Source: Octopus bimaculoides
Lineage: Eukaryota
Assembly: GCF_001194135.2 (NCBI RefSeq)
Contig: NC_069000.1
Span: 43,269,949-43,303,973 of the forward strand
Direction of reading: 5' to 3'
Length of the DNA: 34,025 bases
Of this stretch, positions 23,231 to 34,025 are shown piece after piece. Both the position numbers and the translations under genes were made by a program. Within the stretch, counting starts at the first letter, position 1, and the number at the start of each line of letters is the position of its first letter. A model generated the notes under the pieces. That model saw only the letters and a list, made by a program, of their open reading frames with translations, did no database searches and was not told the DNA's origin.

Positions 23231-23768
23231 GTCGATAACATCAAAAGAGATACTGGAGTCGTACTTTATTTTATTAATCTTGGAAAAGAGTTGAAACGCA
23301 AATCGACCTCGGTGCTATTTGAACTCAGAAAGCAATGAACCGGAAAACATGCCACTAAGCACTTTGTTCGGTGCAGTAAAGACTCTGCAAACTAACCGTA
23401 TTCTCACAAACGCTGATAACGGTTTCAAATTTTGGCACACGGCCAGCAAGTTTGTGAGGGGCGAAAAATCGACTACATTGAGCCGTTTTCAACTGGTGCT
23501 TATTTTATCGGCAAGGAAAGGATGAAATGCTAAGTCCACCTTGGCAGAATTAACGATGAGTAATAATAGTTTCAAATTTTGGCACAAGGCCAGAGGAGGC
23601 GACTAGTCGATTACATCGACCCCAGTGTTTCCCTAGTACATAATTTAGAGACCCCCGAAACGATGAAAGGCAAAGTCAACCTCAGCGAAATTTCAACTCA
23701 GAATGCAAAGACGGACGAAATACCGTTAAGCATTTTGTCCGGCGGGCTAACGTTTCTGCCAGCTAGCC
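23231..23768 (-). mobile_element. Three head-to-tail SINE family A copies/fragments (about 23231-23397, 23421-23551, 23569-23768)
   Basis: Repeated AATCGACCTCGG..TTTGAACTCAGAA and GATGAAAGGCAAAGTC motifs. The latter two copies share tail type 3 (plus strand GTTTCAAATTTTGGCAC). Confidence 0.8.
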
Positions 23769-24826
23769 GTATTAACAAACTGTAATAAACAACGTATCAG
23801 ATTGATTACTGCGATAGGAACATGGATTCAATTCTAATAAGTGGTGACAGATAATTTAATCAACTCCCAGTACTTCACTTTGTATTCATTGTATCGACCA
23901 AACACGAATAAAGGGTAAGCGGAACGTCATTGTTATTACAAACAGAGAGTATATATTAAGAAAAAAGAAATCTAACTTCAGTTCCCAGAAGCCAGTTTTG
24001 TCTGGTAACTCATCGATATTATGGTAATGCGAAAAAATAATATTGTGATAAAATATAAGGCTGAAATTATCCGAACGAGTGCATGAATTTATATAAGAAA
24101 AACTTAGAAATTTTCTTTTTTTTTGTGTGTGTGTATGTCGCATATATCGCTGTGTGTGTATCACTTCATAGTGTACACAGATCTCCTTGCTGCTTATTTC
24201 GATTATATATATANNNNNNNNNNNNNNNNNNNNNNNNNNNNNNNNNNNNNNNNNNNNNNNNNNNNNNNNNNNNNNNNNNNNNNNNNNNNNNNNNNNNNNN
24301 NNNNNNNNNNNNNNNNNNNNNNNNNNNNNNNNNNNNNNNNNNNNNNNNNNNNNNNNNNNNNNNNNNNNNNNNNNNNNNNNNNNNNNNNNNNNNNNNNNNN
24401 NNNNNNNNNNNNNNNNNNNNNNNNNNNNNNNNNNNNNNNNNNNNNNNNNNNNNNNNNNNNNNNNNNNNNNNNNNNNNNNNNNNNNNNNNNNNNNNNNNNN
24501 NNNNNNNNNNNNNNNNNNNNNNNNNNNNNNNNNNNNNNNNNNNNNNNNNNNNNNNNNNNNNNNNNNNNNNNNNNNNNNNNNNNNNNNNNNNNNNNNNNNN
24601 NNNNNNNNNNNNNNNNNNNNNNNNNNNNNNNNNNNNNNNNNNNNNNNNNNNNNNNNNNNNNNNNNNNNNNNNNNNNNNNNNNNNNNNNNNNNNNNNNNNN
24701 NNNNNNNNNNNNNNNNNNNNNNNNNNNNNNNNNNNNNNNNNNNNNNNNNNNNNNNNNNNNNNNNNNNNNNNNNNNNNNNNNNNNNNNNNNNNNNNNNNNN
24801 NNNNNNNNNNNNNNNNNNNNNNNNNN

Positions 24827-24861
<35 letters not shown>

Positions 24862-25752
24862 TATACAGCAGAGCTTACCAAACAAGTCACAGACGTTACT
24901 CAATAACATTTCGACAAGACAGAAAACCACAACATAAGCTGTCTGCAAAATGGCTAAAAATATAGATTTTGTCAAGAAAGACGTTCTTTGGGGAAAAACA
25001 TACATTGTATCTCCTAGAAACAGACTACTTCTAATACTTTCTAGAATTAGAAGACGTCAGAATGAGAGAATGGTTGAATAGGAGTGAAACATAAAGAAGA
25101 GGTACTGAGGTGCGCTTGGGTCGGATTGTTGGTTAGCTAGTTGGTTGGTTGGTTGGTTCGGGCTGGTGGAGGGTGGGTAGGTTTGTGCGGTTCAAGAATA
25201 CGATTTATTATTTATGAATTAACATATTTAGGAATTTAATCTTCTCTACCTCTAGGTTTGGAATTAATTTCATATTTCATATAATGTGCGCTTGCGGCTA
25301 TGTGGATATATGTTTGTATGTATGGTGTGTGTTCAAGTGTCTACGGGCGAGAGTGGCTGTCTATACACAGACACACACACATGCACATACGCACATACAC
25401 ATGCACTCAGACACACATACATATATAAATATATATATGTAATATGCATATATATTCGTAGACAGTACACACATATTCCTACATATATATATATGCTACA
25501 TGTATGTATCTCTCTCCTCTCACTCTTTCTATCTATTCCTCCATCTATCTATCTATTTATATATATCTATATATATATATATAAGTATAAATATAGTTAT
25601 ACACATGTGTGTGTGAACATATATATGCATAAACACTACACCTACGTATGTATATTGCTGCATGTATACAAACACACAGACACACATATATATATACTAA
25701 TCCACACTAGCACATATATATATAGATAATAAATAATAAATGATATATACAT

Positions 25753-25903
25753 ATACATGCATATATGGGTACAGGACGTCACCAACGGTGTAAATAGCAT
25801 GAAATACGTAAACAAACGAAGGTAAAACGAGTGAAATACGTAAACAACGACAAAAAAAAAGGAAAACAGGATATGTTAACACAAAGAAAGGACCCTTCAT
25901 CAG
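25753..25903 (-). repeat. Unclassified dispersed repeat (family C), copy 2
   Basis: ATACATGCATATATGGGTACAGGACGTCA...AACACAAAGAAAGGACCCTTCATCAG is the reverse complement of the conserved blocks at 1377-1540. Confidence 0.7.
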
Positions 25904-25921
25904 TTCAGCGTTCACTATTTT

Positions 25922-26384
25922 CAAGATGAGGTTTTTATTTGCCTCAAAAATTGTTTCCATCTGACGTGCGGATTTGCTGTGCATAGTGCCATTGTTTCAA
26001 CTATTGCCCAATGACTAATTTATGTGGGTGGAATGTAGGTCTTCATGCAAGATACGCCTTACCGATCGATTATCGATTACCGATATTCTGTGGAATGCCT
26101 CTGAGAAGAGCGATTCGATCTCCGTATCAAAGCTTGTCTAACGTGTTCCACATTTTCAGGGGTCCATACCGTTCGTGGCGCCCCCACCAGTCTCCTATTC
26201 ATTAGTGTACCTCGTGTACAAGATGCATTCACCCAACGTAAGATTGAGTTACCGGTGGGGACAGCCTGATTGCGGTGAATGTTGAAGTGCCACCAAACTC
26301 ACGCTAAACTGCTATGACACACTCGTTATTATTCGCGTAACTGTCGTAGGTAAACACGCAATGCTCTATCGTCTACAGCGCCAT
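25922..26384 (-). pseudogene. Decayed Tc1/mariner transposase, N-terminal DNA-binding half (rosa/DD41D-like, DUF4817-type N-terminus)
   Basis: Across frameshifts: MAL*TIEHCVFTYDSYANNNECVIAV*REF/HFNIHRNQAVPTGNSILRWVNASCTRGTLMNRRLVGAPRTVWTPENVEHVRQALIRRSNRSSQRHS/NRSVRRILHEDLH/HPHKLVIGQ*L/SARQMETIFEANKNLIL. Motifs R-T-V-x-T-P-E-N-V and SVRRILH-x-DL are typical of this class. Stops just before the first catalytic Asp; no TIR visible. Confidence 0.88.
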
Positions 26385-26947
26385 GACTTCACCTGAAATG
26401 GCAAAATATGCCAAGACACCACAGACAGAATGGTACTTGTCGGACATATGTATATATACATACATACATACATACATATNNNNNNNNNNNNNNNNNNNNN
26501 NNNNNNNNNNNNNNNNNNNNNNNNNNNNNNNNNNNNNNNNNNNNNNNNNNNNNNNNNNNNNNNNNNNNNNNNNNNNNNNNNNNNNNNNNNNNNNNNNNNN
26601 NNNNNNNNNNNNNNNNNNNNNNNNNNNNNNNNNNNNNNNNNNNNNNNNNNNNNNNNNNNNNNNNNNNNNNNNNNNNNNNNNNNNNNNNNNNNNNNNNNNN
26701 NNNNNNNNNNNNNNNNNNNNNNNNNNNNNNNNNNNNNNNNNNNNNNNNNNNNNNNNNNNNNNNNNNNNNNNNNNNNNNNNNNNNNNNNNNNNNNNNNNNN
26801 NNNNNNNNNNNNNNNNNNNNNNNNNNNNNNNNNNNNNNNNNNNNNNNNNNNNNNNNNNNNNNNNNNNNNNNNNNNNNNNNNNNNNNNNNNNNNNNNNNNN
26901 NNNNNNNNNNNNNNGATGTGTGTCCCTTGTGGAAAAATTTGAAACCA

Positions 26948-27001
26948 TAATTATTATTAATTATTTTTTTATTTATTTATTTATTATTATTATTATTATT
27001 A

Positions 27002-27061
<60 letters not shown>

Positions 27062-27066
27062 TGATT
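26948..27066. repeat. Compound (TAT)n/(AGT)n microsatellite
   Basis: Direct reading. Confidence 0.95.
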
Positions 27067-27437
27067 ATTTATTCCTATATTTACTTATATATCTTTATAC
27101 CCGTATAATAATTTCCGATTATTCTACGATTATCGATCACACAAAACGCCATCCGTTGCTGCCGCCAACACCAGCGCCACCACCGCCACTAAAACAACCA
27201 CCGACTCAATCACCACCACCACCACCACCAACACAACAACAACAAGACGATAGGAACAATACCAAAAATCGGGGGTTTTTAGACTGTATCAAAGACATAG
27301 ACACTAAATCCATTAGGATCTTATCAATGCCAGTTTGGTGTCTCTCTTTGACAAACGCCATAAGTAAAGAGCAGAAAATATCGACTTCTCCCTTTTCAGA
27401 GCCAATTAAATTCGTTTGAAATCTTATTCAATGCATA

Positions 27438-28050
27438 TCCTTGCTTTCTTTCTTTCTTCCTTTTCGTTTCGCTTATTCTTTCCTTTCTCTTTCTCTCTTT
27501 GTTTCTCTCTTTCTTTATCTCTTATCCCTCTCTTTCTTTCTTTTCATTCCATCCTGCTTTTCTTCCTTTTCCTTTCTAATCTATCCTCTCCTTTCTTCTC
27601 TCTTTTCTTCTTTGGTCTTTTTTTCTCCTTCAATCCTTCTCCCTCACATTCTCATTTTCCTCTTCTCTTCTTTCGTCCTTTCTTTATTCTTTCTTTCTCT
27701 TCTTCTCTTTCTTTTTCTTCTTTCGTTCTTTTCAAATTCTTTCTTTTTTCCATTGATCTCTTCTTTTCCTCTCCCTCCTCCTCCTAGTCCTCCTCCTTTT
27801 TCTTCTTTATCTTTTTCTTCTGTTTCTTCTACATTTTTTCTTCTTTCTTTCTTTCCTTCTTTCTCTCTTTCTCTTCTTTCCATCTTTCCTTCCTCACAAA
27901 TTCTCTTCTTCTACACATCTTTCTCACAATCAATACTTTCTTCATATTCCTTTTTATCTTTTTCTTCTTCTTCTTCTTCTTCTTCTTCTTCTTCTTCTTC
28001 TTCTTCTTTCTTTCTTTCTTTCTTTCTTTGTTTCTTTCTTTCTTTTCTTC
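27438..28050. repeat. About 600-bp polypyrimidine (CT-rich) low-complexity tract including (CTT)n
   Basis: Plus strand strongly C/T-dominated. It gives the F/S/L-rich and E/K/R-rich ORFs. Confidence 0.95.
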
Positions 28051-28120
28051 CCGCGTTTCTCCGCTACGATCTTGTTGCGTTTCATTCCTATTCGATACCT
28101 GCTTTTCTTTTCTCGATTCA

Positions 28121-28188
28121 AACAATAATAACAACAACAACAACAATTACAACGACACAAACAAGAACAACAACAACATCAACAACAG

Positions 28189-28275
<87 letters not shown>

Positions 28276-28310
28276 CAACAACAAAAGCAACAATAATAAC
28301 AACAAGAACA
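28121..28310. repeat. Compound (CAA)n(TAA)n(CAA)n microsatellite
   Basis: Direct reading. Confidence 0.95.
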
Positions 28311-28889
28311 ATAGCTGAATAGAAAGTTATTGAACATGTGACGAAATAACCAAGTCGACAAACCAATGTTTGTGCAAATAATGGAATTTAATGATGGTGG
28401 TGATAATGATAAGGAGGAGGAGGAAGAGGAGAAGGAGGAGGGGGCGGCGGCGGCGGCGGAGTGTAGCGGTAGTTGTGGGAGTGTTGTTTTACAGAGCTTA
28501 GTAATTAGTTTGTTTTGTAGATGGAATAAATAATTGATGAGGTCTCCGTATGGAGTATTNNNNNNNNNNNNNNNNNNNNNNNNNNNNNNNNNNNNNNNNN
28601 NNNNNNNNNNNNNNNNNNNNNNNNNNNNNNNNNNNNNNNNNNNNNNNNNNNNNNNNNNNNNNNNNNNNNNNNNNNNNNNNNNNNNNNNNNNNNNNNNNNN
28701 NNNNNNNNNNNNNNNNNNNNNNNNNNNNNNNNNNNNNNNNNNNNNNNNNNNNNNNNNNNNNNNNNNNNNNNNNNNNNNNNNNNNNNNNNNNNNNNNNNNN
28801 NNNNNNNNNNNNNNNNNNNNNNNNNNNNNNNNNNNNNNNNNNNNNNNNNNNNNNNNNNNNNNNNNNNNNNNNNNNNNNNNNNNNNNNNN

Positions 28890-29317
28890 CAAAGCCTTGT
28901 TAGTGGGTTTGGCAGACGGAAACTGAAAGAAGCGTGTCATATTGAACCCTACACGTTTTTTCTTTATATCTCTGTTTATTTTTTCTAATTCCTATCTGTT
29001 GAAGAGCTTAGGTTCAAAACGCAAAAGACTTTTCTATTTTCCCGAGCGTCAAACTAATACACTTGCTTGTTGCTCCTATACCTATCTTCGTCTTTGTTTT
29101 TCTATTAACTTGAACTATTTGTATGTGTGTGTGTGTGTATGTGTCTGTGTGTGTGTGTGTGTCTTTGTATCTGTGTTTGTCTCCCAACCACAACCACCGC
29201 TTGACAACCGGTGTTAGTGTGTTTGCATCCCCGTAACTTAGAGGTTCAGCCTAAGAAACGGATACAGTAAGTGCCAGGCTGAAAAACGAAGTACTGGGGT
29301 CGATTCATTCGACTAAA
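28890..29317 (+). mobile_element. SINE family B with expanded/interrupted centre, 5' end in gap
   Basis: AAAGCCTTGTTAGTGGGTTTGGCAGACGGAAACTGAAAGAAGC at 28891-28933. 3' half CCACCGCTTGACAACCGG...CTGGGGTCGATTCATTCGACTAAA at about 29165-29317. Confidence 0.8.
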
Positions 29318-29351
29318 TATATATATATATGTATGTATGTATGATTGTATG

Positions 29352-29382
<31 letters not shown>

Positions 29383-29840
29383 GACAAGTTTTACACAATG
29401 ATCATTACATGTTTTTCCTATCTCTAACGTATTTATAATGACTGCTGGAAACAGCTGCAAAACAAATTTACTCTGATACAGGAAAGATAAATAATGACCA
29501 TCATTTATACCTTGTCTTATATATGACTCTGTGTGGTGCAACCGCAGGATTTACAATATAGAATGGTGATTTACTACAACATCGTACCCTGCCGTAAGAT
29601 TACTTGCAGTTCTTCAATATTCTAAACATTATTGCTGCAGCATGTCAATCAGAAAGTAAAAGAAACATAGCAGAAATATTTTGAGATGACATTTGTAAAG
29701 GCTTTAATAAACGCGAAAAACTACTTCAAGATTTGGTACCAGGTAGAGACTTAGGAATACCAGTGATATAATGAGGGAGATTTCAGAGTTTGTTTTTTTT
29801 CCTCCTCTGTCACTGTGTTTTATTAAGATGATGCATTGCT

Positions 29841-29945
29841 CAGGTCAGTTTTACCTTTCAACCATCCGGGTTCGATAACAGGAAGTACCAGTCAACTAGT
29901 ATGGTCTATGTAGTTGATTTACCCCTGCGACCAAAATTGCTGTTG
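29841..29945 (+). mobile_element. Degenerate SINE family A fragment
   Basis: CAGGTCAGTTTTACCTTTCA..TTCGATAACAGGAAGTACCAGTC loosely match the family A body. Confidence 0.45.
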
Positions 29946-30018
29946 ATTTCACCGAATTAGGCATTATGCAAAGAATATTTGTTAATCGAGAAGAGGAAAT
30001 ATTTTTAATGCTTCAAAA

Positions 30019-30225
30019 GGCGACGAGAGGGCAGAATCGTTAACCGGCCGGATAAAATGTTTGGCCTCACTTCGTCGGACTTCAATTTCTCGGTTGAAAT
30101 TCCACCAAGGTCGACTTTGCCTTTCATCTCTTTCGGGGTTGATAAAATAAGAACCAGTTGAAAACTGGGGTCGATATAATCCATTTAATCCAAATAACTG
30201 GCCTTGTGTCCCAAAATTTGAAACC
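30019..30225 (+). mobile_element. SINE family A, tail type 3
   Basis: GGCGACGAGAGGGCAGAATCGTTA...AAGGTCGACTTTGCCTTTCATC...CTGGGGTCGATATAATC...GGCCTTGTGTCCCAAAATTTGAAAC. Confidence 0.85.
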
Positions 30226-30589
30226 GATATTTTCCCACATTGTGGAACAGATGTTTGCTGCATGTGTACGGATGGAGTTTGTTTGATAGTTTAGAGTCAG
30301 AAGATTAAGGCGTATTTCCGAAAGAATTAATTTTTTTTAAATAGTCGATTGAGAGAAAGACAGGGGAATTCACTCGCAGACAAATAAATAGACGGACAGA
30401 ATGACGGACAAAGAGAGTGATGAAGGGACATCAAAACAAACAGACAGATACATCGCAGAGAATAGAAAGCAGGTGATAAAAAAATAAAAATAGATAGAAT
30501 AATGAAATTCAGATTGCTAGAGATGATGAGATTAGCGAGTCTAGATTCGAAACGCTGATATTATGTGTAATGATAACGGTCCAGAAGAT

Positions 30590-30830
30590 AGAGGAGAAGA
30601 AGGAGGAAGCGGAAGAAGAGGAAGACAAGAATGAGGAGGAGGGGAAAGGAGGGAAGGGAAAGAGAGGTGGTGATGATGATATAGGAGAAGAGGAAGCGAA
30701 GAAAGATAAGAGAAGACTAAGATAAGGTGTTTGTGGTGGTGGTGGTGGTGGTGGTGGTGGTGGTGGTGATTATTTTAGAAAAACATGAAGGCACTAACAA
30801 CAGCAACAATAAGAACGACAATAACGAGAC
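30590..30830. repeat. Purine-rich low complexity with (GGA), (GAT), (GGT)n, (CAA) runs
   Basis: Direct reading. Confidence 0.85.
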
Positions 30831-31806
30831 GCAGGAAAATGAAGGTAATGCAGCGTGGAAATTAACGAACTTGTAAAGGGGGGAAAAGTAAGAAATGGAA
30901 TAAAAGAAAGAGAACGGGAGACACGGAGAGATGAAAATGATATGGTATGAGACGATAGTCAAAATACGAAACTAAGGTGGTGAATATAATGAGAACTTTG
31001 TAACTAGACAACGAAATAAAGACGAGCAATTTAAAGAACATTGTTGGATTCGCGAACTCTGGATTTATTTGTTTGTCTTCCATCTAATTGTTTATCTATA
31101 ATGTAAAAATGGCCCCTAACCTTGGGATTCCCGTGCACCTGATGGATCAGTAAGGTTGTACCCGAGGCCAGTGAGTTGTTTTCAAAATTCTAAGATTCTA
31201 AGATATATATATCAGTTTTCTATGTTATTCACGGTCGTCCATTCGTTCTATCTCGCAGGCTAACAATATATCGGTGTTAGATATAGGTCACGTGATTTGG
31301 TAAATAAAGATTGCAATGATTTGGTAAATAAAGAAATCGATATCATCTAACATAGATAGGCAAATATTTCTATTCACTATTCACCACAAATCAATCAGAC
31401 GTATATCATGCACAAAGACAAATGATATGCACCTTCAAAGTCGATCATATTCGTAGACCCTTACTTTCGTCAAACACCAAGAATGTCAGGAACATAAATT
31501 CAAAAGTCACAAACGCTTCGGGGTACAACTGAACGACATACATGCATATGAAGAGATTTAAGACTCGAACGCGTAATTATGCTGTCAGTAACAGATTTAA
31601 ATATTCAGACTCATATAGTCAAACCTCTTCCATGCGCACATAAATATCATTCCTGCTGAGGCGATATATGAAGTATTATTTAACCGCTGTCAAATTATTG
31701 CCGCTATGCAAATTAGTTTAAACACTGTATGATGCCTCTTCTTCGTATCAAAGGAACATAAAAATGACGAAGTTATTCTAATAAATTTTTCGTTATTTTG
31801 AAAAGT

Positions 31807-32440
31807 AACTGAAACAAAATAACGTATTCAACAGAAATATGGGAAGAAAAAGAGTTAGACTTATCTTATTGAAAGCCTTTCAGGTTCCAAACACCAGTTT
31901 AATAAAGACAAAGAATTTATTGTAACAAAGTTAGTATTTCAACCGAAATCTGGTAATAAAAGGGTTAAAGAAACCTAAATTAAAACCTTCCATGTTTTTT
32001 ACTAATAAGCTTAATAAGAACAAAGATGTTTTACTAAATACTTCATTATTTTCAAACTGAATTAAAACAAAGCAATGTATTTCTACAGAAATATCATAAC
32101 AAAGAAAGTTCGAGTGATTTGAATTAAAACTTTCCATCAGAATCTCATGCTAATTTATGTTGCACAGAGCAGCTTCATAATGGGAAAATAATTTTAGCTA
32201 AATTCTTCATTATTTTTAGGATTTATTGTAACAAACGCTGTATATTTCCACAGAAATATTGCAACAAAGGAGCTATGATTGAAACGAAAAACATCGATCA
32301 AAATGTCAGAGTAATTTAAGTTGCAAACAGCAAGTTAATTATTACGAAATTATTTAACTAAATTCTGTATTATTTTCGAAATTAACTGAAACAAAAGCAT
32401 TGCATTTCTACAGAAATATGGTAACAAAAGAGTTAAGTTT
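31807..32440 (+). repeat. Degenerate spaced repeat array, five roughly 50-bp units
   Basis: Core TATTTCTACAGAAATAT-like at 31825, 31935, 32078, 32243 and 32403, with shared flanks AACTGAA..CAAAA and G/TAACAAA.GAGTT. Confidence 0.7.
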
Positions 32441-32534
32441 CATTCTTCCACAAAACCACAGTATTTTTCTTTGGCTTCGTTCAATGAAAGGCGATCTTGT
32501 TCGATCAGTGCCTTCGTGAATTAACTTTCGTTCT

Positions 32535-32640
32535 TTTCTTTTCTACTCTAAGCACAAGGCCCAAAATATTTCGGGAAGGGGGCCACTCGATTAGATGGTT
32601 CCCAGTACGCAACAGGTACTTAATTCATCGATCTCGAAGG
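32535..32640 (-). mobile_element. SINE family A, 3' fragment, tail type 2
   Basis: TTCTTTTCTACTCTAAGCACAAGGCCCAAAATATTTCGGGAAGGGGGCCACTCGATTAGAT..CCCAGTACGCAACAGGTACTTAATT is the reverse complement of the 5246/18487 tail. Confidence 0.85.
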
Positions 32641-32766
32641 GTCGCTCTTTATCTCTCTCCCAATCTATCATCTATTTATGTTTCTCATTTTCTTTATAAT
32701 TCTATGCTTTCCTTTTCAGTTTTTACCGAATTTGTGACCCTCCAAATCGTCAATATGTGTGTGTAA

Positions 32767-32804
<38 letters not shown>

Positions 32805-32936
32805 CTGTGTGTATGTGTGTGTGTGTGTGTGTGTCTGTGTCTGTGTCTGTGTGTTATTCATAAGGCAAATATTTAAACAGAGCTAATTTAGTTGTTTCTA
32901 TCTTAAACACACACACACACACACACACATACATAC

Positions 32937-32989
<53 letters not shown>

Positions 32990-33090
32990 ACAATCATTTA
33001 TGTATATATAAAGAGAGGAACAGCCAGACAGCCAACNNNNNNNNNNCAGGCAGGCAGACATACAAACAGACAGACAGACAGACAGGTAGT

Positions 33091-33167
<77 letters not shown>

Positions 33168-33377
33168 TGATGCATAGTCAAATATGCACACACACTCACA
33201 CACATATACGTGTATGTATATATGTATATAACCATTAAGAGTTTTTAGTATATAAATGGTCGATGAACAAAGAAAGGAATGAGGTGATTCCATCACATAT
33301 TACCAAGAAATACTATTAAATGTCTTAGAAATGTATTGGCAAATATCTTCAAAGCGTTCTGCTGCGTGGAATATAAA

Positions 33378-33565
33378 TATCATCATCATCATAATCTTCA
33401 TCATAATCTTCATCATCTTTCTCATAATCATCATCATCGTAATTAACATCAACATCATCGTCGTCGTCATCGTTGTCGTCGTCGTCGTCGACGTCTTCGT
33501 TGTTGCTAACAGCAACATCGGCATCACCATCGTCGTCGTGGTTGTCATCGACAACAACATCATTC
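33378..33565. repeat. Degenerate (CAT)/(CGT)/(CAA) trinucleotide tract
   Basis: Direct reading. Source of the Asp-rich, Ile/Val-rich and Met/Thr-rich ORFs. Confidence 0.9.
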
Positions 33566-33953
33566 CACACCCACTCTCCGTGCTTTCACGGGTAGATTGC
33601 GTTGTAACGGCTCGAGAGAGACGAGCGAGGGTGGTGGAAAGCATATCTGAATCATATATATTATATTCTTAACTTATCTTCTACGGCTAGATATCCATTC
33701 TAACACCAACATCTCCACAGATGCTACACTACGTAGTTTATCTTAGCACCAACGTTAGAGAGGTTGTCATAACCGCCTCGAAAACGCATGACTTCCGAAA
33801 CCTTTAGGCATTATATTGTCTCCCCACTTCTGTAAATCACTTTACAGAGTACCTTGATTGACATTTAGGTACTACTAAGTATTTCCTATTATAGAAGAAA
33901 GAAAGAAAGAAAGGTAAAATGGGTGGAATATAAGATCTCATCAGTGGACTATA

Positions 33954-33989
<36 letters not shown>

Positions 33990-34025
33990 TGTATGTATGT
34001 ATATGTAAACATTTATATATATATA

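Noticed and set aside
27441-28322. 293-aa hydrophobic F/S/L-rich ORF and overlapping poly-N/K/R ORFs
   Set aside because: Translation of CT-rich and trinucleotide low-complexity DNA.
31807-32440. CRISPR array
   Set aside because: Units are too diverged, spacers are long and uneven, there are no cas genes, and the context is eukaryotic.
33349-33570. Asp-rich ORF resembling acidic mollusc biomineralisation proteins
   Set aside because: Fully explained by a degenerate CAT/CGT trinucleotide tract. No signal peptide or splice support.
848-33644. Numerous YI/CV/HT/IYLS-repeat ORFs and long X-filled ORFs in the track
   Set aside because: Microsatellite translations, or frames held open by N gaps.

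Overview
Eukaryotic, AT-rich, non-coding window with very dense microsatellites. About 5 kb (roughly 15%) is N, in 15 gaps that mostly border simple repeats. The repeat families and microsatellite landscape look like an Octopus (coleoid cephalopod) short-read scaffold; this is recognition from memory, not a database result. No host protein-coding exon, RNA gene or CRISPR array can be supported. Almost every ORF in the track is translated microsatellite or runs through N. The supportable content is: (1) about 20 copies or fragments of two tRNA-derived SINE families (here A and B) that share a 3' stem-loop module, plus one fragment of a third; (2) a 921-bp Tc1/mariner element (16318-17238) with both TIRs, a TA duplication, a decayed DD41D (rosa/Visitor-type) transposase C-terminal half on the minus strand, and a 70-bp-arm internal hairpin whose inner 44 bp are perfectly paired; (3) a separate decayed N-terminal transposase half of the same class (25922-26384, minus); (4) two copies of an unclassified dispersed repeat; (5) a degenerate spaced repeat array at 31.8-32.45 kb; (6) a 174-bp exact duplication across a gap. 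The best lead is the hairpin-bearing non-autonomous DD41D element, followed by inverted SINE pairs as possible dsRNA/ADAR substrates.
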